From Octopus sinensis (lineage: Eukaryota): a stretch of DNA of 64,000 nucleotides. A program made the translations under genes and the position numbers. Position 1 is the first letter of the stretch. Every line of letters starts with the position of its first letter. The notes under the pieces are model-generated. The model made no database searches and was not told the DNA's origin. It saw only the letters and a program-made list of their open reading frames with translations. The stretch spans positions 14,756,001 to 14,820,000 of the forward strand of contig NC_043017.1 of NCBI RefSeq assembly GCF_006345805.1, written 5' to 3'. Of the stretch, positions 25,065 through 39,389 are shown in pieces.

Positions 25065-25159
25065 CACACAGATAGACAGCCAGCCAGCCAGCCAGACAGA
25101 CAGACACACATTCTCAGTTTTATATATATAGAGAGATATATACATATACATGCATATAT

Positions 25160-25765
25160 GAGTACAGGACGTCACCAACGGTGCAAATAACATGAAATAC
25201 ATAAGCATCGACGGAAAAACGAGTGAAATACGTAAAGAACGAGAAAAATGGGGAACAGGACCCGTTAACCCAGAGAAAGGACCTTTATCAGTTGTCGGCT
25301 GTCTATATACTCATTTCTAGTATTCAACGACAATATGAGTCATCAAAGACAGTTGCTCCCATGAATCCTAAAATATGATTTAGGATTTGTGGAGGGTCAA
25401 AGTTGGGAACAAAAAAAATGACAGGGGAGACATACAAGGAAACCGAACGAAAGCAAACATGGAGGGTCGTTAGACCAGAACGAGATAAAAATAGTGAACG
25501 CTGGGAGAAATAGTTTTTTCTTTTTGAAAAGGGAAACGATATGAGAGAGAGATAGAAAAAGACGTCCGTTTGTTTAAACGACCGTACAGGAAAAGAAATG
25601 TGTATCTTTCTGTCGAAGAGCGTAGGCTCGAAACGTAAATGACTTGTTCTATTTCTATTCCTGAGCGCCATACTAATACATTTGTTTGTTTGTACTCCAC
25701 CTGCCTTCGTCTTTTGTTTATTTTCGTAAACCTTCCCGTTACATATATGGATACCCGTATGTGAG
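25160..25765 (+). mobile_element. Penelope-associated short repeat with a hammerhead relic
   Basis: TA-flanked unit containing CTGTCGA-A-GAGC-GTAG-GCTC-GAAACGTA at 25610-25637. Confidence 0.5.
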
Positions 25766-26541
25766 ACAAAAATCCAAGCAGGAAACAATAGCATACGCCA
25801 TAGTGCGGTAGAGTTTATCAAAAACAATGAAGTATCGAATCTTATACAGCTTCTCTTATTGGTTTCTAACTATCGCAATGCATGGTCTCCTGTCTCAAAT
25901 GTGTTGAAATGGAGAATAATCTTTGACTGACTTTCATAGATATTTAGCGACAATTCTTTAAGAAAGAGATCTAATCAGAAAGACATACGTGGTAAAGAAA
26001 TCATGTGTTGATTTCACCGAGCATGGGTGACAAATTTGTACATGTTTCAGTCTTGTTAGACCTCTTCAATTGTCACTGAAGCAAACACTTTGCCGTACTT
26101 ATTAAAAAACAAAACAAACAGTTAGTGAATCCTAAGATAGAACCATGAAACACAATCTTGTACAGTATTTGGTGTAGAAATGTCAGTATTCTAGGTTCAG
26201 TATGAGAACCATGTATATGTGTATGCACACAGACACGCACACATACACATATGTATATATAGACTCAGGTATATAACAACTAAACGAAACGAGAATTTGG
26301 TGAGCCCCATCGTTTGTACGTCAATATTTGCAAGTACCCAGTTCGCATATTCGCAGAGTTAAACCGTATTAACTTTTCCTTTAGCAGATGTGATTCTTGT
26401 GGTGTTGTCAACAGAATAACAATGGCATTGCTTCTGATACGCTTCGTATACAGAAAGAAAAGGAAGGGCGAAATCGTCACCGACAAGTTTTGTTGAGACG
26501 ATCGTTGACATAGGCTAAACGGTTGCAAAATATTAGTTGTA

Positions 26542-26729
26542 TTAACCCTTTTCAGGGTTCAACAAAATTTCCCTGGAATCTTTCTTTGCATCATCGATGG
26601 AAGACATTCATAACTCTGTTTTCGAGTATGAGAGTGACTTAACACTAACGAAAGCATTATATTACTAAAACGGTATGAAAGAAAAGCTAAGAAACCTATA
26701 AAAATGCTTTTGGTCAGGCAAAGAGTTAA
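26542..26729. mobile_element. Possible piggyBac-type MITE remnant
   Basis: TTAA-CCCTTT...AAAGAG-TTAA termini (short TIR, one mismatch). Confidence 0.3.
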
Positions 26730-27409
26730 TGTCACAAAACGATATAGTGGATGAGATAGAGCAACCAGAAACAGAATCTACAATGCTGGAGAATCTTAAA
26801 AGTCAAAGCATACATCGAAATAAAAATAAAATAAAATAAATAAACAATATCATCTGATTGGATTCTGACATTTCGTAGTGATTCGAATTAGGTTATTTGA
26901 AAAAGAAGAAAAAAAGAAATAAAAGAAGAATATAGATCAAATTTTAAAATATAAATAAAAGTATGTAAGAAAATTAAAGTTGATAATTAGATTTATTCTA
27001 CGTAGCAATGCATTTATTTAAAATCACGATAAGGTTTTCTCACCATTCCGCATGTTTCCTTGGAGATTTATGAGAAGGAAGAAGAAAAGTGAAAATTACG
27101 GCAACATTTTAACTATGATAGAATCACCATTTTTCTGTTCCACGAGGGGATTAATGACACAAAACGCGCTAATTTCAATACAATTAAGAGTGCTATAAAT
27201 ACTGGCTTGTTCCAATGATTTGCTCGTTATATTAAGCAGAAGCTTCTAGTGTTGGATAGGAAAAGTATGTGGGTGTGCATCGGTGCGTAGAAACGCGGGG
27301 AAAATACTGAATATATGATGTAGAGTATTGCAAGATATATAATTCCAACGAGATTCTCACCAGCGCGACTCTGAGTTTCGCCTCTTAATAGGTTACATGC
27401 TGAAATGTG

Positions 27410-27660
27410 ATTGAACACACAAACCCACCCAACCGCACACACACACACACATACACACACATATATATACAGATATGCTTACATATATATGAATATATAT
27501 GTATATATATGTGCGTCTGTGTATATACATATGTGTGTGTGTGTATACATATACGACGGGCTTCTTTCAGTTTCCGTCTACCAAATCCACTCACGAGGCT
27601 TTGGTCGGCACAAGACACTTCCCCAAGATGCCACATAGTGGGACTGAACCCGGAATCATG
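27410..27660 (-). mobile_element. tRNA-derived SINE with internal CA/TA expansion
   Basis: ctttcagtttccgtctaccaaatccactcacgaggctttggtcggc...gtgggactgaacccgg is the reverse complement of the 41265 family. Confidence 0.75.
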
Positions 27661-28773
27661 TGTGTGTGTGTGTGTGTGTGATGTTATGCTTAGAAGCGAC
27701 GCACATTATCGGAATTTCCGACACAATACTAGTTATCCATTTGTATGGAGTTAGGACTGGTGAGCTGGTATACAAAACGGGAGAGTTCATTGAGAGAATG
27801 GGGGTGGAAGAGAAGCTAGTGACAACGTGTGGCTTGAAATTAGTCAGGAGTCAAGAGACTCCAATGTTGAAATTTATTTGACCTTGAATATATAAATGCG
27901 ACTTAGATTGTCCGGCCATATATAAATTCTATTAATCCGTTCATATTTTGATATGTCTTAAGTAGGGATCATCGTCCATTAAAGTTGAAATTCCATTTTA
28001 TTGCGCAGTTATCTGAAACGTACGTATTAAATGATTTCAGAATATCATTATTTGGACAGGAATTATAACACACACTTACACATACAACAAATATAAATTG
28101 AAATAGAGAAAAAGCGAACAGATGCCACAGCGTAATCGGAGAACGCATCTTTCGTTTGTTTATCGACACATTTACTTTCGACAATTCTATTCTTCTAAAT
28201 GTCGCACACGCACATATGATAGATAAATAGATTTGGACGACATTTCCCACAAATGCAATGTTACTATCTAAAACTGAACAAGAGAAAAATACAACTATGT
28301 GTTATTAATCGATTCTTTCTCCTGTTCAGTTGTGAAAAAGATTAGTAACGTAATAACTGTGTAGTTTTCCATAACCGAACTAAAGGAATATTTATTAAAT
28401 CTGAAACGTATCCGCATCGACATTACACCAGAAGTTCACTCTCAGTCACAAACTTGCCTTGACGCGAAATTTTGAGTTGAAACAGGATGAATCTAAGGGT
28501 TTTACAAATAATGTAATCCCTACTCTACATAATGAGTGGTCTTGTATTTGGTATATTTGAAGCCTACTTTTCTAACGTGTTTAATACAAACACAGCCATA
28601 GCAACGACAACCTGGTGAGTCGAGGTGCACATATGTTTTGTTTGACTAAGATTGTATTTCCTAAGTTAGTGCGTATATATATATATATATATATATATAT
28701 CTATATATATATATATATATATAATACTATTGAACCTTGAGAGGGGCATTAAGAATCTTACAAATTAAATACA

Positions 28774-28809
<36 letters not shown>

Positions 28810-28813
<4 letters not shown>

Positions 28814-29586
28814 GTGTAATAGTCTTCGGCCACTTTAAATTATCGTAAAGTTCTAGTAATTGCTAACTTGGTCCTGAATTTAGATGGAGAGGACGGTGCC
28901 TTTGGTACAATACAATGGTGACCAGTACTGGCATTTGCATAACACTGAATGACGATATATCTAGAGTTTTCCAGAAGTAGATTATTACATATCTATCGTT
29001 CCAGAGAGTAAAGTTGCTTCAATCTTTGTAGTGGCGTTGGACTGCTTCAAGCTTCGCTGCTAGTTTGGCTGTATGTGGTGACCAGAAATGGGGGCAGTAG
29101 TCCAGGCGGTTGAGAGCAAAGGTTCTCCACAGGATCTCTTATCTTGAAGGACCTCAGTATCTATCCTGCACTTTGCTGCCATTTTGCTAATGTGCATATA
29201 AAATGATGCGTCATTGCACGTATTGATCCCCAAGTCTTTCACTGCCTGTGACTGAGATTGTAGTGCCTTCGGGGCCTGTATATGTAGATTGTACTGTATT
29301 CTTGAGTTGATAGTGCAGTGATGGAAATTTTTCCGCATTAAACTGCATGTTGTCTAGTTCGGCCCACTTGTATATAAAATTCAGGTCCCGCTGTAAGCTT
29401 GTGATATAATCTTGGTTATTTATTGACTGTGATGATATTGTATCATCAGCATAGCTAGTGACAGTGGTTGTTCGAGTGACCGTGAGTATGTCTAAGAGGG
29501 CTATTATGAACAGTAATGGCTTCATAACAGCTCTCTAGGGGACACCACTTGGGATTTGATTTACCTCAAAAAGGGCACCATTGCCC

Positions 29587-29590
<4 letters not shown>
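28810..29590 (-). mobile_element. CR1/L2-group LINE reverse-transcriptase fragment
   Basis: Translation: SGVP*RAVMKPLLFIIALLDI...TVTSYADDT...LQRDLNFIYKWAELDNMQFNAEKF...QAVKDLGI...RLDYCPHFWSPH...KLEAVQR. Confidence 0.88.
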
Positions 29591-29653
<63 letters not shown>

Positions 29654-30276
29654 AACTAAATTTAGGGATTCTATAGAGGACGGTGCTGGTGTTGTTTTTA
29701 GGCCGAGGAAGACATCTCCTCCAGTTGGCCAACGGCACACAGTCTGTGTCCGATTAATATTTGCGAGGGAGGTCATCGCTCCCATCTCTAGCCTTACGTG
29801 ATACACACAGACCCGAATTTCTGGGTGGTTACCCGCCTTCAGTGTGTGTTGTATGTATGTATATTGAAATAATTTCACGCAAAAATTTATGATGGTTTAG
29901 CACTCTATCCAAATCATGACATCTGCTTTGACCTCTTAACCTTTGAAAAACTGACTGAGATCTATATCAACGATCTATTTTTATAAATCGATCGATAAAT
30001 GATATTTTAAAACATTAAAGATTTCTAATTCTAATTTCTGAAAATATGTAATGTCAAACTATTTCATTACAACGTTAATTAACTAAGATAAAAATCTAAA
30101 AAAAAAAAATCAATATAACTAATGGATTAGATTTCCGAAATTGCAACTAATTAATTAATTAATTAAAGTATGAGTGTTGAAGATAATGCATTGACCTGTG
30201 TTGTCCTGTTCGGCCAAAAAGTCATTTTACATCTCATTGGCACTGAGAGACTGTCACAACAAATTAATCACGTTTA

Positions 30277-30340
<64 letters not shown>

Positions 30341-31012
30341 AAAGATAAGACTAGCATAATTTCATTCACAATTGTTGTTGATGTTTGTACCGAAGCAAAA
30401 AATAGCGCTCCATCCGTCACCATCGCGTCGTTTGGGGTTTCAAGGATCACTGTCCATTATTTTATTTTTAAGTACGTATTTCTAGCAAGTTATTTCTAGC
30501 AAAACAAGTAACCACGTAGAGGCTGCCACACTGGTTCGGCATTCGATTAGTGTTTGACGTATACACACCCTCACATATACATATATATAGATAACATGAG
30601 GTGGTCATGGCTGGAACACATTCGACCAGAGATTTTCTACTTGTAAATGAGTTTTTCATATCATGAATCAATAAGAATTATGAATTTTTAATTGCTGATT
30701 AGGGGTTTTTATGTCCTAATAATAATTTTGGTTCATGTATTCGCTTGATTTTCTTTATTAAGCCATAAGACCTCGACGAATTAATTCGTTGAGCTTGTTC
30801 ATTACTTTGTGCTGTTATTCATTGGATAATAATAGGATAGGAGAATAATGAAATCTATATATTCTGTCGTTAACTCATTTTAATAAATATATGACAGAAG
30901 ATTTGATAACCACCGAAGGGTGGAACCGCTGAGAACACTAGGTTAACTAATTCCTTGAGTGTATAATCTGGTAGATTGAAATTATACTGGATGCCCATCA
31001 CACACACTTTTA

Positions 31013-31085
<73 letters not shown>

Positions 31086-32918
31086 AATAACATAAACCGA
31101 TCTTTCCACCATTGTATGAGGTTGTATTCTTTAGAAACATCAACAGAAACAAAGTATATCCTGAAAACTATTTCCCGGTTTCGAACTTAGTTCTATTTGT
31201 TGACACCAATAAAATGGAAGCTTTTTATATAAAAAAAAAGACACATCAAGCTTTTTGCCTTACGCTTTATCACTGACATTTCATTCGACGAGGGGAAAGG
31301 AACATGTGATAGATGATCTCATAAGAAATCGTCATCCAATTTAAAACATGAACGAGCTGAAGAATTGAAATCAATACCATTGTAACAGAATATTTTGAGA
31401 AGAGATCAGTGTAGAAAGCAAGAGACATTTGTTGATATAATTAGATATTTATTTTAAAACTGAGAAATCTGATTAGCGGACAGATTAAAGTACATCCCTG
31501 TGACAAAAACAACTCTAGATCACGCTGCCTCACAATAACGTCAGGATGTCGAGTATAATCGGATCTGACATTTTGTCGGCAGTGGAGCTATAAATAACTC
31601 AACAGTTACCGCCATCAAGACACCGATTACCTTTATAAACTGGAGACGTTTGTCTGAGAGGACGGCAACTAAACTAAAATAAATCAATTCCAAATTAGTG
31701 CTTACAGTGAGTCATAAAAATAAAACTTCTTTCAAAATATGGACCTCGGAGAATGAAAATAGCAGAGCAACATACTGAATCAATACTGCAAGCTGTCTGC
31801 CTTTTAGAAATAAAGTTTTATCCGGAATTATTTACATATAAACACAGTCACAATTATTATAGAAATCCGATGTACTTAAGTGACAGATGTTTTGGGATGT
31901 TACTACAACTGACTTGCTGGATTATAGACGTGTGAGAAAATAATTTTCTTTCAAATAATTCCATCCCCTTCACAGAAACCACACCGCTTCCCACACAGAC
32001 TTACGTAAAGTAATTTTTTCTGAACACAAGTTAGAGTACTCCACACAATGTCAAATATAAAATATATTAAACAGTTCCTACAGGTTATTGGTCTATTCCG
32101 GGTAACATAATAGAAGTGTTTGGTCAAAAACTCGGATTTGTTCATTCTTCGTTGTTCCAATATTCTCTGGCCATAAAACAAATAATAAGCCAGAATTGGG
32201 TACAAGAAAATGGACAAACTGTTGTGTCAAAAACAAGCCTCCACAGAATTTCAATGGAATTTTTTACTATTATGTGATGGAACATTTTCTAAACCCCGAC
32301 AACAACTTGAGAATGGATTTACGATAAACACCGATTTCTTCATTTCAATTAAATTAATAAATTCATAAAGTTCAGTTCAATTAGAAAGGATTCCTGCAAC
32401 GGGTTCTGCAACGGGTTCTGCAACGGGTTTCTACAAATTCTCCAAGCTGTCCACTTTTTTTGTAACACATTTACCGTGAAATCTCTTTGATTACAATGAA
32501 ATCCCGGTATCATTCAAATTGAATGGTATATTGATTTCAATAGAGATTTATAGATCTGTTATCGATTAGGAAAGGGAACATCAGACAAAAATGCCACCGG
32601 CAGCAAAGCTTCCGGTTTTATTTAAATTACAAAACATCCGGATGTAAATACTAACGAACAATTCTAAAAAGCCATACAATGTGGCGTTGCTTTGAGGATT
32701 CTTTGTTCTGGGCCCAGGAGATGCGTTGTCTCTTCTATGTGTTGTCCCTTTTTATGTGTAACACCTTCCCCAGCGCTTGAAATCCAACAAACTTTACTAC
32801 AAGAATTAAAACCAAAAAAATAAACGATTAATTTTGCAGTTTTTCCTGGTAATGTTAAGAATCTACCCGGATTCGATTATTAGATGCCCTTCTGCGATTG
32901 CACAGCTGATATGTATAT

Positions 32919-32958
<40 letters not shown>

Positions 32959-33520
32959 ACACATACACACACACACAAACACACGATAGTATTCTACACA
33001 TTTTCAGTGTACAAAGTTTACTAATAAGGTATTAGTCAAGAAGCAACTACAAGAGAAAACCCCAAAACTGGCACATAGTGGTAGAGAACACGAAAAGAAA
33101 GAACGAAGTTGCCAAGCAATCCGCTTAACCGGCCGTCACTTCTGTTATGTCTATAGGGAGAATTTTGTGTAGGAGTTTTGACAGAAACTGACTTTAGTAT
33201 GATAAGCAATTGACATGGATGAGAAAAGTAAAACTAATCTCATTTAAAATAAAGCATCTGCTCTTAGGTGTTGTTTTATGTTGTGCTACATATAGCTTTA
33301 ATACTTAGTAAGATGAAATAAAACACTTGATATATATCGATCACTTTTGACTGGGCAAAATGCCAATTATTTCAGGGAGAGAAATATGTGTGATTAATCA
33401 GAGGTAACTTTGTATCTTACATTGACAACTTAGACCACATCCAGAGACAGACCAGTCGTCTGAGAGAGAGAGAGAGAGAAAGATAGAGATAGAGAGAGAG
33501 AGAAATATAGATATAGATAG

Positions 33521-33588
<68 letters not shown>

Positions 33589-33917
33589 TTCAGAGGCACG
33601 ATTTCATCCCTATTACACTCCCACTTTTCTACCGCTACTATAAGAGTATAAGTTTCTCGGAACTAATAGGTTGCGTTCCGTCTCCATGTAAAGCCTTTTG
33701 ATACAGTCGATTTCCCTCGTTCCATCACCTGTTTTGTCGCTAACATTGCAGACCAAGCACCATGCAATATTCCCAGTCCTTCTTCTCTAAAACAACTCAC
33801 ATATTTCCTGGCAGACACGTCTTTCTTTACAATATCAATGCCACCAATGGCAGAATCTTTGATGTTGCAATTTGTCCAGACCCAGGTGAGAAAAATACGA
33901 GCACATCAAGGTATGCA

Positions 33918-34154
33918 CTTTATATATATATATTATATATATATATCTTATGTGTATATATATATTTATATATATATATATGTGTATATATATATATTTA
34001 TAATATATATATGTGTATATATTATATAATATATATATATATATAATATGTGTATATATATATATTTATATATATATATATATGTGTATATATATATATT
34101 TATATATATATATATATTTGTATATATATATATTTATATATATATATATGTGTG

Positions 34155-34197
<43 letters not shown>

Positions 34198-35098
34198 TGT
34201 ATATATATATATTTATATATATATATTTATATATATATATATGTGTATATATATATATTTATATATATATATGTGTATATATATATATTTTATATATAAT
34301 ATATGGTTATATATATATATTTATATATATATATATATATGTGTATATATATATATTTATATATATATATATATGTGTATATATATATATTTATATATAT
34401 ATATATATATATGTGTATATATATATTAATATATATATATATGTGTATATATATATTTTATATATATATATATATGTGTATATATATATATTTATATATA
34501 TATATATGTGTATATATATATTTATATATATATATATATGGTGTATATATATATATATATATAATATATATATATATATGTGTATATATATATATTTATA
34601 TATATATATATATATGTGTATATATATATATTTATATATATATATATATATGTGTATATATATATATTTATATATAATATATATGTGTATACTAATATTT
34701 ATATATATATATATATATGTGTATATATATATTTATATATATATATATATATATGTGTATATATATATTAATATATATATATATATATATATGTGTATAT
34801 ATATATTTATATATATATATATATTGTGTATATATATATTTATATATATATATATTATGTGTGTATATATATATATTTATATATATAATATATGTGTTAT
34901 ATATATATTTTATATATATATATGTGTGTATATATATATATTTATATATATATATATTGTGTAATATATATATTTATATATATATATTGTATATATATAT
35001 TTATATATAATATATGTGTATATATATATATTTATATATATATATATGTGTATTATATATAGATTTTATATATATATATATGTGTATATATATATATT

Positions 35099-35129
<31 letters not shown>

Positions 35130-35356
35130 TATATATATATATAATGTATATATATATATATTATATATATTAGATATATATATATGTGTATATATATATT
35201 TATATATATATATATAATATATTTTTATATATATATTTGTATTATATATATTGATATATGATATATATCTATAAATATATATATATATGTGTATATTATA
35301 TATTTATATATATATTATATATTTATATATAATATAATATATATATATATATAATT

Positions 35357-35387
<31 letters not shown>

Positions 35388-35630
35388 TATATATATTTAT
35401 ATATATATATATGTGTGTATATATATATATTTATATATATATATATAGATATGTGTGTGGTATAATATCTATTTATATATATATATATATATATGTGTGT
35501 ATATATATATATATTTATATATATATATATATATGTGTGTATATATATATATATTATTATAATATATATATGTGTATATATATTTTTATTATATTATTTT
35601 ATATATATATATATATTATATATATATATT

Positions 35631-35699
<69 letters not shown>

Positions 35700-35730
35700 A
35701 TGTGTATATATATATATTTATATATATATT

Positions 35731-35761
<31 letters not shown>

Positions 35762-35800
35762 TATACACACATATATTTTATATATATATAATATATATAT
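33918..35800. repeat. ~1.9-kb imperfect (TA)n array with recurrent GTG and TTT interruptions
   Basis: Directly visible; a recurrent unit resembling ATGTGTATATATATATTTATATATATAT. Confidence 0.95.
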
Positions 35801-36515
35801 CCACTTGAAACTGCCTAAATCGGGAATCACTTTTTTTTGTTTGGTGTGCTAGAGTTTCTGCCAGCTGACCGCCTTAATAAAAATGTCAGTGATTTCAAAT
35901 TTTAGCATAAGGAGGGCTTACGTCAATCAAATCGATCTCAGTCATCAACTGGTACTTATTTTATTGACTCCGATAGCAGTAGTAGTACTACAGTAGTAGT
36001 AGCACTCCGATAGCAGCTTCAGCAGTACCGGTAATTATCTCCCTTCACACCACTGTGGACGAGTCACCATCTGATAAAGGATGTTCACAGTGAGACTGAG
36101 GTGACCGTAATTTCAAATACTCGTTCCCAAGGAATAACATCAATAACTATTAGCAAGTAATTAATAAGAGAACATAGTTAGGCTTCATTATGGATCAGTA
36201 ATTCAAAGTAGGAAGAAATTCGATCTAATTTCTGAGTAAAAGCTTCCTTTGGATCCTGGTCAGTGATGGTGACTGGCTGCAGAGTAGAATGGCTCAACTG
36301 CACAACATAAGAAATCTGTTGATCGAAATAATCCACAATTTTTTTTATGTGTTGAAAACAGAATTGTTTCACTACATTTATATATTTGTACAACGTAACA
36401 TCGATATTCCAACAAAGCGTGTAGTCGCTAAGTTTCAATACAGAAGGAATATATAGACACAAACATGTACCTATATACATACGTACTATATCCATACGTA
36501 CATACATACATGCAT

Positions 36516-36547
<32 letters not shown>

Positions 36548-37758
36548 TTCTTTCAGTTTAACGTAAAGTTATACAACATGTTTTTGTGAAAAATAAACAT
36601 CTTAATTTTAGACCGAATTTAAGTCGAATTATATTTTCGCGAGACAATTAAGCTGAATCTTAACATCTCAGTTAAAATATATTCCATGGAAACTTTCTGT
36701 CGTTGTTGGCCTTATCTCGTTTAAATGGCGTCATATCGTGAAATGACGCTAGTTTGATAAGATGACAGCAAAAGTTAAAAGCTAGTAAACAGCTTACGTT
36801 TAACTTGGTTGACATGACTAATTTCAGATTTTAAGAAGCGTCTGAAATACTGTGCTCAGCTCAGAATAAATATGCTTCATTCAATAATGGAACTTGAAAG
36901 AAACTCTAACATCCAACAAATATATTAAAAAAGAAAAGGGAGTTGACAGAAAGACACTTCATTGTTTGCACTGTCTACAAAGCTTTCGCTTGTGATTTCG
37001 AGAAAACATTGATTAAGAGATAAAAGACTTCTGAATATTATGTTTGTATATTTTATTAAATAAATATATTTGTTGTTGGTTTTCTTGCCAGAGAAGACTA
37101 AACAACAACAAAGGATCGACTCCTGGGACTCATCCTTTGAAAAATACGCAGCCTTTTCACCATTCAATATAACAAAATGATTTTGCTAAATGTTGATTCA
37201 TCGGTTGTTTTCATCTTTATTGATTATACAATTCCATTTTGCATAAAAACATGTTTCAAATCTTGATTTTTTTAATGATCCCTGCAAGGTATCGATACAT
37301 TGTTTAATTGCTTAGAGAGGGAAATCTAACCTCGGTGACCTTCCGCGCAGCCTCCGGTACAGGTCGAAGGAGGACAGGATATTGTCTTCAGAGTGGACAC
37401 CTGATCGAGATGCTTAGAGCAGATGGGGCTCCAGTGAAAGAATCAAAGTATCAGCGAATGATGTTGAATTGAATAAGGGATTAAATACCTACGCTAGAAT
37501 TCTGCACATTTTCCGTCCGCTAAATCTCATTCACAACTGTTCTGGTCGATGAAGGTTATAAAAGAAAGCATTTAACGAACGTGACACGCAGCTAAATTGA
37601 ACCAGAAACGTCGTAGCTACGAATCGAAATTGTTAGTCACACCGTAATGTCAGCGGTCATTGATTGGATGCACCAAAGCTTGTGAATGGCATTGAATGGA
37701 CGAAAGGTAAAGTTGACCCAAACAGAGCTGAAGCTTAAAGTTACAATCACGTGCATAA

Positions 37759-37803
<45 letters not shown>

Positions 37804-38683
37804 GTGTGGGTTATGGTGATAAGGTAGAAGAACAAATAGTGACACGGCTTGTGTAATTTATGGTGACAAGGAGACAAGTCAGTGTTAAAGTGTGGCAGAC
37901 GAAGTGACATAGAAATAGGAGAAGACAGCCATAAAGAAATGCGATCAAGAAAGTCTGCCATAAAGTCCCGGTGAGATGACAAGAGATCTGTTTAAACACT
38001 GCATCTGTCAACAGAGGAAAGTACCTCGAGCGAGACCTGGAATCCTTTTTATTGAATAAGTGCCATCTCTTTAGCCGTAAACCAGTAAACTAATATAAAC
38101 AGATTTATCTCTTTCACTGTTCAACGCAGCGGATTAATTTTCTACAGAAGAACAGTGTAAACCTAAAAGCTATCCATTTCAGTGATGTCTGTTGAAATGG
38201 CTCTGTGGTTAAGACACAAAAAAAACGCTTCATAACCAACTGGTTCTGTGTTCGATCTTACTGGGTTGCACTCTGCTATGGTGTCTTCTATTATAGGTAG
38301 ATCAGAACATTCTGAAATAAATTCGGAAACTGTGCTGAAGTATTGTTGCAAGGATTATTCCCATAGTGAAATTAATCCATCCCTTGATTTCAGATCACGT
38401 TCATATTGCCAACAGAGTTCGATGATTTTATTGAAATGAATTCTACGGATTTTACTAGACGCAAGGGATTACCAGTTATCATCTGACAACGCCGCGTCCG
38501 GGTCTCTCTTGACATAAGATAGTCACTAACAATAGGACTAAACAAAGATTGCCGCATTAAAATTGTGGAGTTCGGTGTTGAAAAAAGAAAAAAAACCCAG
38601 TAGTTTACAAGTATGCCAATAATTTATTATCCTTCTAAAATTGAATTCGTCTGCTACAACTACGAAATGATATCCATATAACG

Positions 38684-38783
38684 NNNNNNNNNNNNNNNNN
38701 NNNNNNNNNNNNNNNNNNNNNNNNNNNNNNNNNNNNNNNNNNNNNNNNNNNNNNNNNNNNNNNNNNNNNNNNNNNNNNNNNNN
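38684..38783. other. Assembly gap (100 N)
   Basis: Run of exactly 100 N followed by CA/TA microsatellite. Confidence 0.99.
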
Positions 38784-38839
<56 letters not shown>

Positions 38840-39344
38840 GTGTGTGTGTGCATACATACACAGATGAACTTGCCTCAGTAATGTAGTGAAAAGTTATTGA
38901 ACACCGGTAACCAAAGACACAGTTGTTGATTAAATGTGATTAAAAAAATTAATTAATTAAACTTGTATAAATCTTGAATGTTTAAAGAATGCAAAACCTT
39001 TTAATAACCCAATAACTCGACTATCCATATTTATCTGTCATTATTCAATTATTTATTCTTCGTATATCAGATTTTAGCATCATATTGTTTGGCTTAAAAT
39101 ACGAACGTGAAGATAGAATCCTCTTTTAATAATGAAAAAAATGTTTGTGAGGAGAAAGGTTTTTTTTTCTAAATTTTCCTGGTTTCAAAAAGCAAGAAAG
39201 AATATTTACGTTTCAATGTTTAGAATGTTAATTCTGACAGTTATAATAGTCTTGGGAAGCATAAATGTTTCTGAAATTTACAATCTGTCAACTATAATTC
39301 TAAATCATATACATTGGGTGATAAAAGTCTATACACACACACAC

Positions 39345-39389
<45 letters not shown>

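Larger units (their letters stand above)
23231..25136 (-). mobile_element. Complete non-autonomous Helitron (~1.9 kb)
   Basis: Minus-strand 5' end A|TCTCTCTATATATATAAAACTGAGAATGTGTGTCTGTCTGTC. The 3' end is a hairpin (ACTATGACCCG...CGGGTCATAAT) followed by CTAG|T. It is inserted between A and T with no TSD. Confidence 0.8.

Noticed and set aside
30903-30928. UUGAUAA-CCACC-GAAG-GGUG-GAAC hammerhead-like motif
   Set aside because: It has three core deviations and no helix I; only the small hairpin is supported.
32476-32548. Imperfect hairpin as a pre-miRNA
   Set aside because: It has a large asymmetric bulge and too few contiguous pairs.
36178-36335. Cadherin-like peptide (VTITDQDPKEAF...SSYFEL) on the minus strand
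   Set aside because: It ends in a stop with no donor, and the similarity is only impressionistic.
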